This document shows, in pieces, positions 36,943-47,063 of a DNA stretch of 64,000 nucleotides. The notes under the pieces are model-generated. The model had not been told where the DNA came from. It saw only the letters and a list, made by a program, of their open reading frames with translations, and ran no database searches. Source of the stretch: Bacillales bacterium. Its GTDB lineage: Bacteria > Bacillota_I > Bacilli_A > Izemoplasmatales > UBA1188. Position 1 is the stretch's first letter; each line of letters begins with the position of its first letter. Position numbers and translations under genes: made by a program. Location of the stretch: positions 701-64,700 of the forward strand of contig JAEEXP010000003.1 of NCBI GenBank assembly GCA_016287865.1, read 5' to 3'.

Positions 36943-38349
36943 ATGAGAAAAGTACTACCTAGATTATTTAATATACTTTCGTTTATCATAGCTACTTTCA
37001 TCATCTTACCTTTCCCTTTAATGTCACAATTCTTTGGATCTTTAGTTAAACATCCAGTAGAATCATATACATTCTTTGATAAGGTATGGAACGGATTAGC
37101 TTTGTTCTTTAATAATTTTGAATATACACAACTTGCAATCATTCCAATTGGACTTGCTGCAATTGCATTATTATTCTTTATTATTTCTATGATTGATTAT
37201 TGGGCACATAAGAAAGAAACTACTCTTGCTTTAATGAATGCTGCAATTAACCCAATTGCTTATGTTGGTATCTATTCAGCTATTCTTGGTATCTTTGTAA
37301 CTTTCTTTGCTCCATATAATGTTTCAATGCATTTCAATCAATGGGATTACTATGGACTTCTAAACCTTGGTGGAGTTGGTGCATGGATTAATGCTAAGAT
37401 CTTAGATGGTAACGCTGCTAACTTAATTGTTGCTGTTGCATTCTATGTTGCATTACTCTTAACATTAGTTTCATTCACATTCTTCAGAAGAAGACTTCAA
37501 TATAAGAATACATTTGTAAGATTCCTTGAATTCGTATTCATCGCTCTTGTAAGTTTCTTATCAATGAAGGGTTTATTCGATTATGTATCTATGTTCCGTG
37601 TTGGTGGTGAAGTTCAAACATATGCTCAATATGTAGCAAATGGTGGACATGTATTCACATTCTTTGAATTATTCGGATTTGGTGGAACAACACAACAATT
37701 ACTTGGATTCCAATCTCAAATCTTTACAGGTAACTTCTTAGCATATGTACCTTACATGGTAGCAGGCCTTGCATTAATCATCTTTATCGTTATCGGTATC
37801 GTTGATATGTCTATTGATAGAAATGCTCAAGCTCGTTCTAAGGGAAAGAAAAAAGTTGAACCAAGAAGAGATTATAAGCCAGTAGAAGAAACTAATAAGC
37901 CAGTTGAAGAATTTAGACCAAACATTGAGGAACAACCTCAAGAAGATGAAGAATTATTCGTAATTCCAAAACCTGAAGAAGAACTCGTTACTGAAGTTGA
38001 AGAAAAGACAATCATCAGACAAGTAGTTTATGAAAAGAGTGATCTTAATGAAGTATTTGGTACTGATTTTGAATTCAGAAACTGCTCAATGGTTAGAAGA
38101 GAAGGATTCAATGAATACTTCGTTAATAAACAAAAGTTCTTAACTTTAACTAATTCTAAGAAATCTATTTCATTCAGACTTGAACTTGATAAAGCTATTA
38201 GACTTATTATCCAATACCCACTAGTAGGTAAGGATAAATATGAAAACCATAAGATTTGGTTCAAGATTGATGATATTAGTATCTTAAATAAAGATATTAT
38301 TATTCAAATTATCAAGGACGCATATACTACAGTCCTTCAAAACCAATAA
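36943..38349 (+). CDS. Polytopic membrane protein with an acidic linker and a C-terminal YjbR/MmcQ-like domain
   Basis: 468 aa. About 8 TM helices, then a KGKKKVEPRRDYKP...EE-rich linker. The C-terminus ends ...YENHKIWFKIDDISILNKDIIIQIIKDAYTTV, resembling the YjbR family ending (..H.NK.HW..V.LD..I.D..L..LI..SY..V). Confidence 0.65.
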   Translation: MRKVLPRLFNILSFIIATFIILPFPLMSQFFGSLVKHPVESYTFFDKVWNGLALFFNNFEYTQLAIIPIGLAAIALLFFIISMIDYWAHKKETTLALMNAAINPIAYVGIYSAILGIFVTFFAPYNVSMHFNQWDYYGLLNLGGVGAWINAKILDGNAANLIVAVAFYVALLLTLVSFTFFRRRLQYKNTFVRFLEFVFIALVSFLSMKGLFDYVSMFRVGGEVQTYAQYVANGGHVFTFFELFGFGGTTQQLLGFQSQIFTGNFLAYVPYMVAGLALIIFIVIGIVDMSIDRNAQARSKGKKKVEPRRDYKPVEETNKPVEEFRPNIEEQPQEDEELFVIPKPEEELVTEVEEKTIIRQVVYEKSDLNEVFGTDFEFRNCSMVRREGFNEYFVNKQKFLTLTNSKKSISFRLELDKAIRLIIQYPLVGKDKYENHKIWFKIDDISILNKDIIIQIIKDAYTTVLQNQ

Positions 38350-38361
38350 TAATAAAATAAT

Positions 38362-38390
38362 AAAGAGGCCTTATAGGCCTTTTTATTTTT
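38362..38390 (+). terminator. Terminator
   Basis: AGAGGCC-ttat-AGGCCTTT followed by TTATTTTT. Confidence 0.8.
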
Positions 38391-38443
38391 TATGTTATAA
38401 TTAGTTGAGTTAGAAATATTCATAAATATATAGGAGAAAAGAA

Positions 38444-41419
38444 ATGAAAAGAAGTAAAACAATAGTGTTTTTATTTGTTTCTATGCTTGTTTCATTGTTA
38501 TTTTTAGGAGCTTGTAAAGATAAAACAACTACCACAACTAAAAGAGAGCCTAATTTAATTAATGTTTCAGTGCAATATATTAAAAGTGATTATGCATTTA
38601 ATACTGGAGACACAAACATTCCTTATAATGAAGGAATCACATTTAACGCTTCAGACTTTAAGTTAGTTGAAGAATTTGATGATGGATCTACTAAGGATGT
38701 AACTGATGGTTTCTCTTTTGTTATATATAAATTAACTGGTTCAGGTGATGTAGCTCAAACTGGAAACTTAATGCCAGGTGATTATAGAATCGACTTTGCA
38801 TATAAAGGTTATACAAACTTTATTAATTTTTGTATATCACCTATAAATGTAAAAGATAGTGATATTACATCTTCACTTAATGCTTCATATCCTTATAATC
38901 CAAATGGTTCAGTAGAACCAGACTTTACTTTGTCTTATAAGAATACTTTATTAGTTAAAGAAGAAGATTATATTATTCTAAATTATGGAGCTAATAATGA
39001 AGTTGGAGAAAACTCAGGTGTTGTTAATATTCAATTTAGAGGAATATATACAGGTACAACTACATTAACATTCTCCATTACACCAATTCAGATTGGTGAT
39101 GTAGTATTAACTGATAAAGAAGTAATATACTCACCAAATAGAGACTTTAGAGAAGATGCAGAAACTATTAACTTATTTTCAAATCCAATTGAAGGCGTTG
39201 ATAGAATTGAATATTCATATAAAAGTGAGAATCAAACAGTTGAAGGTCCAATCAATAATGTTGGAAGTTATACTGTTACTGCACATATCATAGTTCTTCC
39301 TGGATATCAAGCAGTAGAAGACAAAGTATTTACTCTTTCTGTAAATAAATTTGATATAACTACTCTAAATCTAAGTGTTTCTCTTCCAAAAGAGGTCGAA
39401 TATACTGGACATAAATTTAAAGTTAGTGATTTTGAAGACGCAATTAAAGTAGTAATGGGTGATATAACATATTCAGTTGAAATGAATGAAGGTGCTGACA
39501 TAGATAATCTTAAAGCATCAACTACTGATACAAAGGGTCAATATACTATCACCGCAGAAGGCAATTATGGCGGAGCTATAATTGTAAGATATGACATTCT
39601 TCCGTTTGATGTAAGAAATGTTAGCGTTGAAACAGAAGACTTTTATGAATATGATTCAACTGAAAAACATATTAAGATAGTATTTAGAACTGAATTTGAT
39701 AAAGATGGAAATCCAATTAAAATAGAACTTGAATTAGGTAAAGACTATACAATTGAATATTCTAATAATATAAATGCCTCAACTTCTGATTATGCATCAT
39801 ATGTTATTACTGGTAGGGGCAATTATTGTGGAATGGTTACAGGACGATTCTATATACATCCTGTTGAGATTAAATTTGAATTAGATGAATATTATTATGC
39901 TCATCCAGAAACAACATATAATGGAAAAGATCAAAAAGATTATTTACTTGCGTTAAATAAAGCTCTTCCAGAACAGGTTGAAGTAACTTATTATGATGCA
40001 GATAATAAAGAAGTTACTGAACTTAAGAATGCAAATACATATATGTCTCGTTTAGGCCAATATGTATCTGCCAATTTCGATATTAAAGATGAATATAAAG
40101 GAAACTATTATTTAAGTGGTGCTGATTCATTTGCTGACTTAATCAAAATTAATCCTAAAGTATTAGGAACTTGCCAAGAAGAATATTCAACTAGTACTCT
40201 TGAATCTTTTGAAGGCACAAAGAATTTAGATTATGGTTATGGTTTAACTGATTATTATTACTACACATATAGTGGCAGTCCATATGCACCAAAAGTAACT
40301 ATTAAAACTATACTTGACTCTGAAGAATATACTCTTGTTGAAGGAGTGGACTATAAACTAGAATATTCTGGTGATAATTATTATGCTGATTATAAAACAT
40401 CACTAACAGTGACTGATGCAGGCCACTACTATGTACACGTCGTATATTATATGGACGAAACACAAAACTTTGCCGCATATGAAGGAATGAATGGTGCATA
40501 TAAAGTCTATGGTGAATTTAGTAGAATGCTTGAATTTGTTGTTACAAAGAAAGAATTATCTGAAACTTCAGAAATTGCTGAGTGGCCAACTGTTCAAAAA
40601 CTAATCTGGACAGACTATGGATACTTTAATCCGTATAGCAAAACTACAACTACAACAATGGAAGTTGAAATTAGAGAAAAGACAGAAGAAGTATCATTTA
40701 GAATTTTAGATCCAGAACTTGATGGTGATGGTGGAGTTTATGTATTAGCAGAATCAAAGAACTACATTTTGCCTGAAAAGAAAGTTATTGCTGTGGAAAC
40801 TACTCCATTTAGTTATTTCAATGTTTCAGGACAATCTTTATCTACTGATGACCTTAAATCAACAACTACATTCCATATATTTGATAAATTAGATATTGGA
40901 GTGAATGGTTCTACAGGATGTATTGTTCAATATTCTTTCAATGATACTGATAATAGAGCATATATTGCTACTAGCGAGGGAAATAATAAGATTAGTACAT
41001 TAATCGCAACTCCATTCTATTATAAAGAACAATATAGTCAATTTACTAAATGTTATATCACAATTAAATATAATAGTCGCACTATTGCGAGTCATGAATT
41101 TAATGTAGATAGAGATTTCTTAGAATATGCTGCAATATATGATGATGATACTAAGGTTGGTGATTTAATGGATAGCCAATTTGGCGCAACAAGTGCTTCT
41201 GTCAATGAAGGCCAAACAATAAAGTTTAAAGTAAAAGAAGAATATTCTAATATAGTTATTCGTTATAAATATACAAACAATGCTTATGACTCATGGAAAG
41301 TAAATAATCCTTTTGAATATACCGCACAAGCACAAGATGAAGGAATTAAAATCGTATTATATAGTAATAACGAGATATTCTATACTTTGACATTAAACTT
41401 TGTTCATCCAACAACATAA
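38444..41419 (+). CDS. Large surface lipoprotein with MBG/Ig-like repeats
   Basis: 991 aa, lipobox LGAC|K. Recurring (D/E)Y.I.Y..N......V.I.G.G(N/I)Y.G.....F.I.P segments (for example LGKDYTIEYSNNINASTSDYASYVITGRGNYCGMVTGRFYIHP). Confidence 0.8.
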   Translation: MKRSKTIVFLFVSMLVSLLFLGACKDKTTTTTKREPNLINVSVQYIKSDYAFNTGDTNIPYNEGITFNASDFKLVEEFDDGSTKDVTDGFSFVIYKLTGSGDVAQTGNLMPGDYRIDFAYKGYTNFINFCISPINVKDSDITSSLNASYPYNPNGSVEPDFTLSYKNTLLVKEEDYIILNYGANNEVGENSGVVNIQFRGIYTGTTTLTFSITPIQIGDVVLTDKEVIYSPNRDFREDAETINLFSNPIEGVDRIEYSYKSENQTVEGPINNVGSYTVTAHIIVLPGYQAVEDKVFTLSVNKFDITTLNLSVSLPKEVEYTGHKFKVSDFEDAIKVVMGDITYSVEMNEGADIDNLKASTTDTKGQYTITAEGNYGGAIIVRYDILPFDVRNVSVETEDFYEYDSTEKHIKIVFRTEFDKDGNPIKIELELGKDYTIEYSNNINASTSDYASYVITGRGNYCGMVTGRFYIHPVEIKFELDEYYYAHPETTYNGKDQKDYLLALNKALPEQVEVTYYDADNKEVTELKNANTYMSRLGQYVSANFDIKDEYKGNYYLSGADSFADLIKINPKVLGTCQEEYSTSTLESFEGTKNLDYGYGLTDYYYYTYSGSPYAPKVTIKTILDSEEYTLVEGVDYKLEYSGDNYYADYKTSLTVTDAGHYYVHVVYYMDETQNFAAYEGMNGAYKVYGEFSRMLEFVVTKKELSETSEIAEWPTVQKLIWTDYGYFNPYSKTTTTTMEVEIREKTEEVSFRILDPELDGDGGVYVLAESKNYILPEKKVIAVETTPFSYFNVSGQSLSTDDLKSTTTFHIFDKLDIGVNGSTGCIVQYSFNDTDNRAYIATSEGNNKISTLIATPFYYKEQYSQFTKCYITIKYNSRTIASHEFNVDRDFLEYAAIYDDDTKVGDLMDSQFGATSASVNEGQTIKFKVKEEYSNIVIRYKYTNNAYDSWKVNNPFEYTAQAQDEGIKIVLYSNNEIFYTLTLNFVHPTT

Positions 41420-41435
41420 TAAAGGAAATAATTAG

Positions 41436-43082
41436 ATGAGTTTAAATAAAACAGCACGCAAAATCCTAAAGCACATATTATTATTCGCACTACTAATTGT
41501 TTTGGGTGCTGCTTTAGGCGCGGGATCTGTCTATATTTGGAATGCTTTTTCTAAATATCATTATAATGGCGCTCTATATAGTGATTCAGAAGATTACGTT
41601 AATAACTATGGGTATAATTACTTTAAAGAAACCAATAAAGCTCAAGAGGAATTATATATAGAACTCTATCATGTAGCCAAAGACTTTGAACACAAAAATA
41701 AAAATCTCATAAGAGGAGTTGGAAGCGATTATGGAACACTATATAAAATATATACAAAAGATTCCACACTTTCACTTGATGAACTTACACAGGTGTTCGT
41801 AGTATTTGAAAAAGATAATCCAGAGTTTTATTTTCTCACAACTGTACATAATTCAGTTAAGGAATATGTTAAATTTGAAATATCTAAAGATTATTTAAAA
41901 GCTAAAGATAGAAATAGAATAAATAGTTTAATTGAAAATAAACTATTAGAAGTTGATGAAATAGTTAATAAGTGCACAACCACTTATGATAAGGTTATGG
42001 CTGTTTCTAATTATATTATTTCCAATATGACATATGCTCGTGATGAAAACTTTGAGCCATCTCAAGAAAGATGGGCGCATAATATGGTGGGTTTCTTTGA
42101 AAGAGGAGCAGGTGTTTGTGAAACATATTGTGAAACTCTAAAATTTATGCTTAATAGGTATAAAGTTGACTCTAAAGAAGCTTGGGGCGAAAATCATGCT
42201 TGGAATATTGTAAATATTGATGGATATAATTATGTTTTTGACTTAACTAATGAATTAACTGGTTATTCAGAAAAAACATATTTCCAACTAATGCAAGGTT
42301 TATATGATAAGAAGGGTGAATACGACACTACAATGTATCCGCTTCATAATATGGCAAAGACAGATTTATCTGACAATCTATTAACACTAAAAGAAGATGG
42401 ACAGGTAATAGCTGTGTCTCATAGTATGGACTATATAATGAGTTTATTTAATAATAAAAATTATGAAATTGATGTTCAAAATGATAAGAATCGCTCATTA
42501 TATCTATCTGAAATAAATACTTCATATCAAACACTAACCTTTAAATCAACTGGAACTCATTCGTTACGTGTGTATTTGTATGATGCTTTGATAATAAATA
42601 AAAATGTTACATTCTATGATGCAACAATTACTGGCATTGGTGTTTTATACATAAGTAACGCTACTCTTAATTTATTAGGTACTAGCACATCTATTTTTGG
42701 TGATGTAGCGGGTAATGCAAATTCAACAATAAATATAGATACCACTGCTCAATCATATTTTTATTGTAAATGTACATATATAAATACATTAATTTCTTCA
42801 AAGCCAGTAGTAATCGGGAGATCGTGTCATATTGGTGAGTATATAGGTGATTATATTTATATTAAGTGTACTAATGATTCTCATATATCTCAAGTAATCA
42901 ATATAGATAAATATGAATCAAACAAGATAGTTTTAGAATCTAGTTATAAAGGGAATAAACTAATTATCTCAAACGTATCTATAACCAGTGAATATCTTGA
43001 AGTGTATTACATTAATAATACTGATGAAAATAATGTTATTTTAGATATTAATTTTAACGACATTAAAATAATAAAACAATAA
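41436..43082 (+). CDS. Membrane-anchored transglutaminase-like (Cys-His-Asp) domain protein
   Basis: 548 aa with an N-terminal TM helix. Core GAGVCETYCETLKFMLNRYKV....ENHAWNIVNIDGYNYVFDLT shows the spaced C, H and D of the transglutaminase-like cysteine protease fold. Confidence 0.7.
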   Translation: MSLNKTARKILKHILLFALLIVLGAALGAGSVYIWNAFSKYHYNGALYSDSEDYVNNYGYNYFKETNKAQEELYIELYHVAKDFEHKNKNLIRGVGSDYGTLYKIYTKDSTLSLDELTQVFVVFEKDNPEFYFLTTVHNSVKEYVKFEISKDYLKAKDRNRINSLIENKLLEVDEIVNKCTTTYDKVMAVSNYIISNMTYARDENFEPSQERWAHNMVGFFERGAGVCETYCETLKFMLNRYKVDSKEAWGENHAWNIVNIDGYNYVFDLTNELTGYSEKTYFQLMQGLYDKKGEYDTTMYPLHNMAKTDLSDNLLTLKEDGQVIAVSHSMDYIMSLFNNKNYEIDVQNDKNRSLYLSEINTSYQTLTFKSTGTHSLRVYLYDALIINKNVTFYDATITGIGVLYISNATLNLLGTSTSIFGDVAGNANSTINIDTTAQSYFYCKCTYINTLISSKPVVIGRSCHIGEYIGDYIYIKCTNDSHISQVINIDKYESNKIVLESSYKGNKLIISNVSITSEYLEVYYINNTDENNVILDINFNDIKIIKQ

Positions 43083-43083
43083 A

Positions 43084-43120
43084 GAAAAAGACAATGAATT
43101 CGCTCCATTGTCTTTTATTC
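43084..43120. terminator. Bidirectional terminator between convergent genes
   Basis: AAGACAATG-aattcgctc-CATTGTCTT flanked by an A-run and a T-run. Confidence 0.8.
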
Positions 43121-44161
43121 ATATTCTTTTAATTCTTTAGATAGTTCATCTATTGCTTCATCAATGGTTCCTCTAAAGACTGTTTTTCCTTTTTTAAATA
43201 AAACTCCTTGTCCACTAACGAATGCGACTCCAAGATCAGCTTCTCTAGCTTCTCCAGGTCCATTCACGATACATCCCATTACTGCGACTTTAATGTTTTT
43301 CTTAATATGTTTAATTCTTTCATTAACTAAAGATGCGTAATGTTCTAAATCAATTTCAGTTCTCCCACATGTAGGACAACTAATTAAATCCGCAGAGTTA
43401 TGTAAGTTTAAAGCTCTTAAGATATCTTTTGCTGCAGTAACCTCTCTTAAAGGATTTCCAGTAATAGACACTCTGATAGTATCCCCAATTCCTGAAAGAA
43501 GAAGATTGCCTAAGGCAATAGCAGATTTAGTAATCGCATTATCACCCATACCAGCTTCAGTCACTCCAAGGTGTAATGGATAATCATAAATCTGACTAAC
43601 TTTTTCGTATGCTTCAATTGTTTCTAAAGTAGATGACATCTTAATAGATAATATGATATTAGTTAATCCATATTCTTCACATAGCGATACATAGTATTTA
43701 AGTGATTCAACTGCCTTATCTACAATAGGCATATCAGTATTTTTAAATTTAGGATTAAGTGAACCTGAGTTTACCCCAATTCTTACTGGAGTATTATGAG
43801 TGATTGCTGAGTCGACCAATTTCTTTAGGTTTTCATCAGCGCCAATATTTCCTGGGTTAAATCTAATCCCATCAACCCCAGCTTCAATGGCTTCGATACC
43901 TAATAAATAATCAAAGTGAATGTCTGCAACAATCGGAATAGACACATTCTCTTTGATTTTTTTAATCATACGAGCGTCTTCAATTGTTTTAACTGCAACT
44001 CTAACTAGTTCACAACCTTCATCTTCTAAAGCTTTAATTTCCTTTAAGCATTCATCATATTCACTTGGAAGATAAGTAGACATAGATTGAATGAGGATTG
44101 GATAATCCCCACCAATATATTTGTTTCCTACTTTAACAACTCTTGTTTTTCGTCTTTCCAT
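43115..44161 (-). CDS. ispG: 4-hydroxy-3-methylbut-2-en-1-yl diphosphate synthase (MEP pathway)
   Basis: 348 aa. Start RRKTR.V.VGN..IGGD.PI.IQSM, and a C-terminal CPTCGR...MGC.VNGPGE cluster. Confidence 0.95.
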   Translation of the reverse strand: MERRKTRVVKVGNKYIGGDYPILIQSMSTYLPSEYDECLKEIKALEDEGCELVRVAVKTIEDARMIKKIKENVSIPIVADIHFDYLLGIEAIEAGVDGIRFNPGNIGADENLKKLVDSAITHNTPVRIGVNSGSLNPKFKNTDMPIVDKAVESLKYYVSLCEEYGLTNIILSIKMSSTLETIEAYEKVSQIYDYPLHLGVTEAGMGDNAITKSAIALGNLLLSGIGDTIRVSITGNPLREVTAAKDILRALNLHNSADLISCPTCGRTEIDLEHYASLVNERIKHIKKNIKVAVMGCIVNGPGEAREADLGVAFVSGQGVLFKKGKTVFRGTIDEAIDELSKELKEYE

Positions 44162-44165
44162 AATA

Positions 44166-45839
44166 TTACTCTTTATTCAAAATCATTTCTTTAGCGTATT
44201 CAAGTTGGCTTTCAGTTACCTTACCACCTGAAATCATAAGCGCAACTTCATAGATCTTTTCATCTAAATTTAATTCCTTAATACTTGTGTAAGTTCTGCC
44301 ACCTTTAACATCTTTACTAATTTTAATATGGTTCTTAGATAGTGATGCGACTTGAGGGAGGTGTGTAATAGAGATTACTTGAGTATTTAGCGATATTTCA
44401 TAAATCTTTTTAGCTACATCTCTTGCGACTTTTCCACTAATACCTGTGTCTATTTCATCAAATATTACAGTCTCAATTTTCTGACTCTTAATGAATAATG
44501 CCTTAATACTTAACATAATTCTTGATGATTCACCACCAGAGATAGTTTTAGATAAAGTTTTAAGTCCTTCACCGATATTTGTTTCAATTAAGAAATCAAC
44601 TTCATCAAGACCATCAGCTTTAAAGATTAGGCCTCTATAATCATCCTCTTTAACTACGTCTTTAAATGATACTTCAAATACCGCAGTTAAAGATAAATCT
44701 TTCATATTCTTTTCTAGTTCATTCTTGATAGATTTAGCTATCTCTTTTCTAATCTTAGTTAATTCTAAACCCTTAGAATAAACTTTATCATATGAATCTT
44801 TTAACTCTTCAAGTTTATTCTTAATGAGTTCATCAAATGATTCATCTGATGAAAGAAGTTTCTTTAGTTCATCTTTATAATCAACGAGTTCATCTAGAGA
44901 TTTCTTATATTTCTTTTTAAGATTATCAATATCGTTTAATCTAGTCTCAAGTTCATTGAGTCTATTTGGATCGTATTCAATTCTCTTAAAATCTTTCTTA
45001 ATATTATCGAAGATTGAATCTATTTCATAATAGTAATCATTAATCTTTTCACTATATTCTTTATAGTCTTCTTTAAAAGATGAGATATCTTCAATTAACT
45101 TTTGTGATTCATATAGTTTATCAGTGAAGTCTTCTCTAATGAGTGAATCTAGATTTTGATAGATTGAATAGAACTTATCAAAGTTTTTAAGAATACTAAT
45201 CTCTTCATTGATTTTAATGTCTTCACCTTTTTCAAGTGCCATCTCATCAAGTTCTTTTAAACTATATTCTAAATAATCTCTTCTTTCATTGAATTCTTTA
45301 GCTTTTTCAAGTAAGTCTAAATATTCTTTTCTAACTTTATTAAAGAGAGAAAGAAGAAGGGAATATTCACTCTTATATTCATTTGTGAGTTCATATTTAA
45401 AGTTATCAATAATCTCTAAATAGTTTTCAGGATTTAAAATCTTTTCATTATCAAACTGCATATGAATATCAGCGAGATATTTAGATATATTCTTTAAATC
45501 ACTTAAAGTAATAGACACAGAGTTAACTTTAATATAACTATTCTTAGTTGAGATAACTCTTTCAATAACAAGTTCATCCACTGGATTCACATTAAGTTTA
45601 GTTAATAGTGATTTCAAATAAATATTATTGTGTGAAAAATAACCAGTGATAATAGCTTTATCACATCCAGTTCTAATAAGTTCTGTGGATGCACGTTCAC
45701 CAAGAAGTAATGATAGTGAATCAATAATAAGCGATTTACCTGCGCCTGTTTCACCAGTTAAGACAGTAAGTCCATCCTTAAAAGTGATATCTATATTTTC
45801 AATTATTGCGAAGTTTTGAACGATGAGTCTTTTAAGCAT
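44166..45839 (-). CDS. recN: DNA repair protein RecN
   Basis: 557 aa. Start L.I.NFAIIE....F..GL.VLTGETGAGKS, followed by a long coiled coil. C-terminal signature SGGE and FDEID.G..G. Confidence 0.92.
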   Translation of the reverse strand: MLKRLIVQNFAIIENIDITFKDGLTVLTGETGAGKSLIIDSLSLLLGERASTELIRTGCDKAIITGYFSHNNIYLKSLLTKLNVNPVDELVIERVISTKNSYIKVNSVSITLSDLKNISKYLADIHMQFDNEKILNPENYLEIIDNFKYELTNEYKSEYSLLLSLFNKVRKEYLDLLEKAKEFNERRDYLEYSLKELDEMALEKGEDIKINEEISILKNFDKFYSIYQNLDSLIREDFTDKLYESQKLIEDISSFKEDYKEYSEKINDYYYEIDSIFDNIKKDFKRIEYDPNRLNELETRLNDIDNLKKKYKKSLDELVDYKDELKKLLSSDESFDELIKNKLEELKDSYDKVYSKGLELTKIRKEIAKSIKNELEKNMKDLSLTAVFEVSFKDVVKEDDYRGLIFKADGLDEVDFLIETNIGEGLKTLSKTISGGESSRIMLSIKALFIKSQKIETVIFDEIDTGISGKVARDVAKKIYEISLNTQVISITHLPQVASLSKNHIKISKDVKGGRTYTSIKELNLDEKIYEVALMISGGKVTESQLEYAKEMILNKE

Positions 45840-45947
45840 AATTAATCCTCTATATTAATTATACTCAAAAATACACAATATACTTCGAAATTAATTTATA
45901 AGAAATTGTTGTATAATGTATAAGGATAATAAATAAGGAGATAAACA

Positions 45948-46970
45948 ATGAATTTATTTACTAAATTATATGACAATTTAAAAGCTAAAAGAAAGACTAT
46001 TGTATTCACTGAAGGAATGGATGAAAGAATCCAAAACGCCGCAGAAAGAATTCTTACTGAAGATATTATGGGTGTTATCCTTTGTGGAAATAAAGAAGAA
46101 GTATTAGCTTCAGCTAAAGCTAATGGTCATGATGTATCTAAAGCTACAATCATTGATCCACTTTCATTTGATGAATTTGGCCAAATGGTTGATTTAATGA
46201 CTGAACTTAGAAAAGGCAAAATGACTCACGAAGAATGCGAAGAATTATGTAAGAAATCAAACTACTTCGGAACAATGCTCGTTAAGATGGGTAAGGCTGA
46301 CGCTCTTCTTGGTGGTGCCACATATTCAACAGCTGATACAGTACGTCCAGCTCTTCAAATTATAAAGACTAGAAAAGGTGCTAACTTAGTATCTTCATCA
46401 TTCATTCTCTTTAGAGAAAAAGATGGTAAAGATGAAGTTATCTCTATGGGTGACTGTGCAATTAACTTATCTTATGAAGATACAGTTAATAAAGAAACTG
46501 GTGAAGTTATTTTATCAGGTGCAAGAAAACTTGGTGAAGTAGCAGTTGAAACAGCAAGAACTGCAGCATACTTCGGAATTGATCCTAAAGTTGCAATCCT
46601 TTCATTCTCAACATATGGTTCTGGAAAAGGTGGAACAGTTAAACTCTCACATGATGCAGTAGCTGAAGCTAGAGCTATTGATCCAAATCTAGTTGTTGAT
46701 GGTGAATTCCAATTCGACGCAGCTGTATCAGAAGTAGTAGCTAAGACTAAATGTCCTGAATCAAAAGTTGCTGGTAAAGCTAATGTATTCATCTTCCCAT
46801 TAATTGAAGCTGGAAACATTGGTTATAAGATTGCTCAAAGACTTGGTGGATTTGAAGCTTATGGACCAATCCTTCAAGGTTTAAATGCTCCAATCAATGA
46901 CTTATCTCGTGGTTGTACTGCTGATGAAGTATACAAGATGGCAGTAATCACTGCAGGTATGGCTGAATAA
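45948..46970 (+). CDS. pta: Phosphate acetyltransferase
   Basis: 340 aa. Motifs IVFTEG.DERI, ADALLGGA and GPILQGLN.PINDLSRGC. Confidence 0.93.
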   Translation: MNLFTKLYDNLKAKRKTIVFTEGMDERIQNAAERILTEDIMGVILCGNKEEVLASAKANGHDVSKATIIDPLSFDEFGQMVDLMTELRKGKMTHEECEELCKKSNYFGTMLVKMGKADALLGGATYSTADTVRPALQIIKTRKGANLVSSSFILFREKDGKDEVISMGDCAINLSYEDTVNKETGEVILSGARKLGEVAVETARTAAYFGIDPKVAILSFSTYGSGKGGTVKLSHDAVAEARAIDPNLVVDGEFQFDAAVSEVVAKTKCPESKVAGKANVFIFPLIEAGNIGYKIAQRLGGFEAYGPILQGLNAPINDLSRGCTADEVYKMAVITAGMAE

Positions 46971-46980
46971 TAAACGATAA

Positions 46981-47009
46981 AGAGTGATGCCTAGCGCATC
47001 ACTTTTTTC
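46981..47009 (+). terminator. Terminator after pta
   Basis: AGTGATGC-ctag-GCATCACT followed by TTTTTT. Confidence 0.9.
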
Positions 47010-47063
47010 TTTAGTATTTCTAAAAATAATGTATAATATTTTTAGCACCCTAAGGAGGCTTAT

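Noticed and set aside
46971-47063. T-box riboswitch upstream of argS.
   Set aside because: Only 93 nt are available, and these are filled by the pta terminator and a promoter-like TATAAT. There is no specifier hairpin or T-box sequence.
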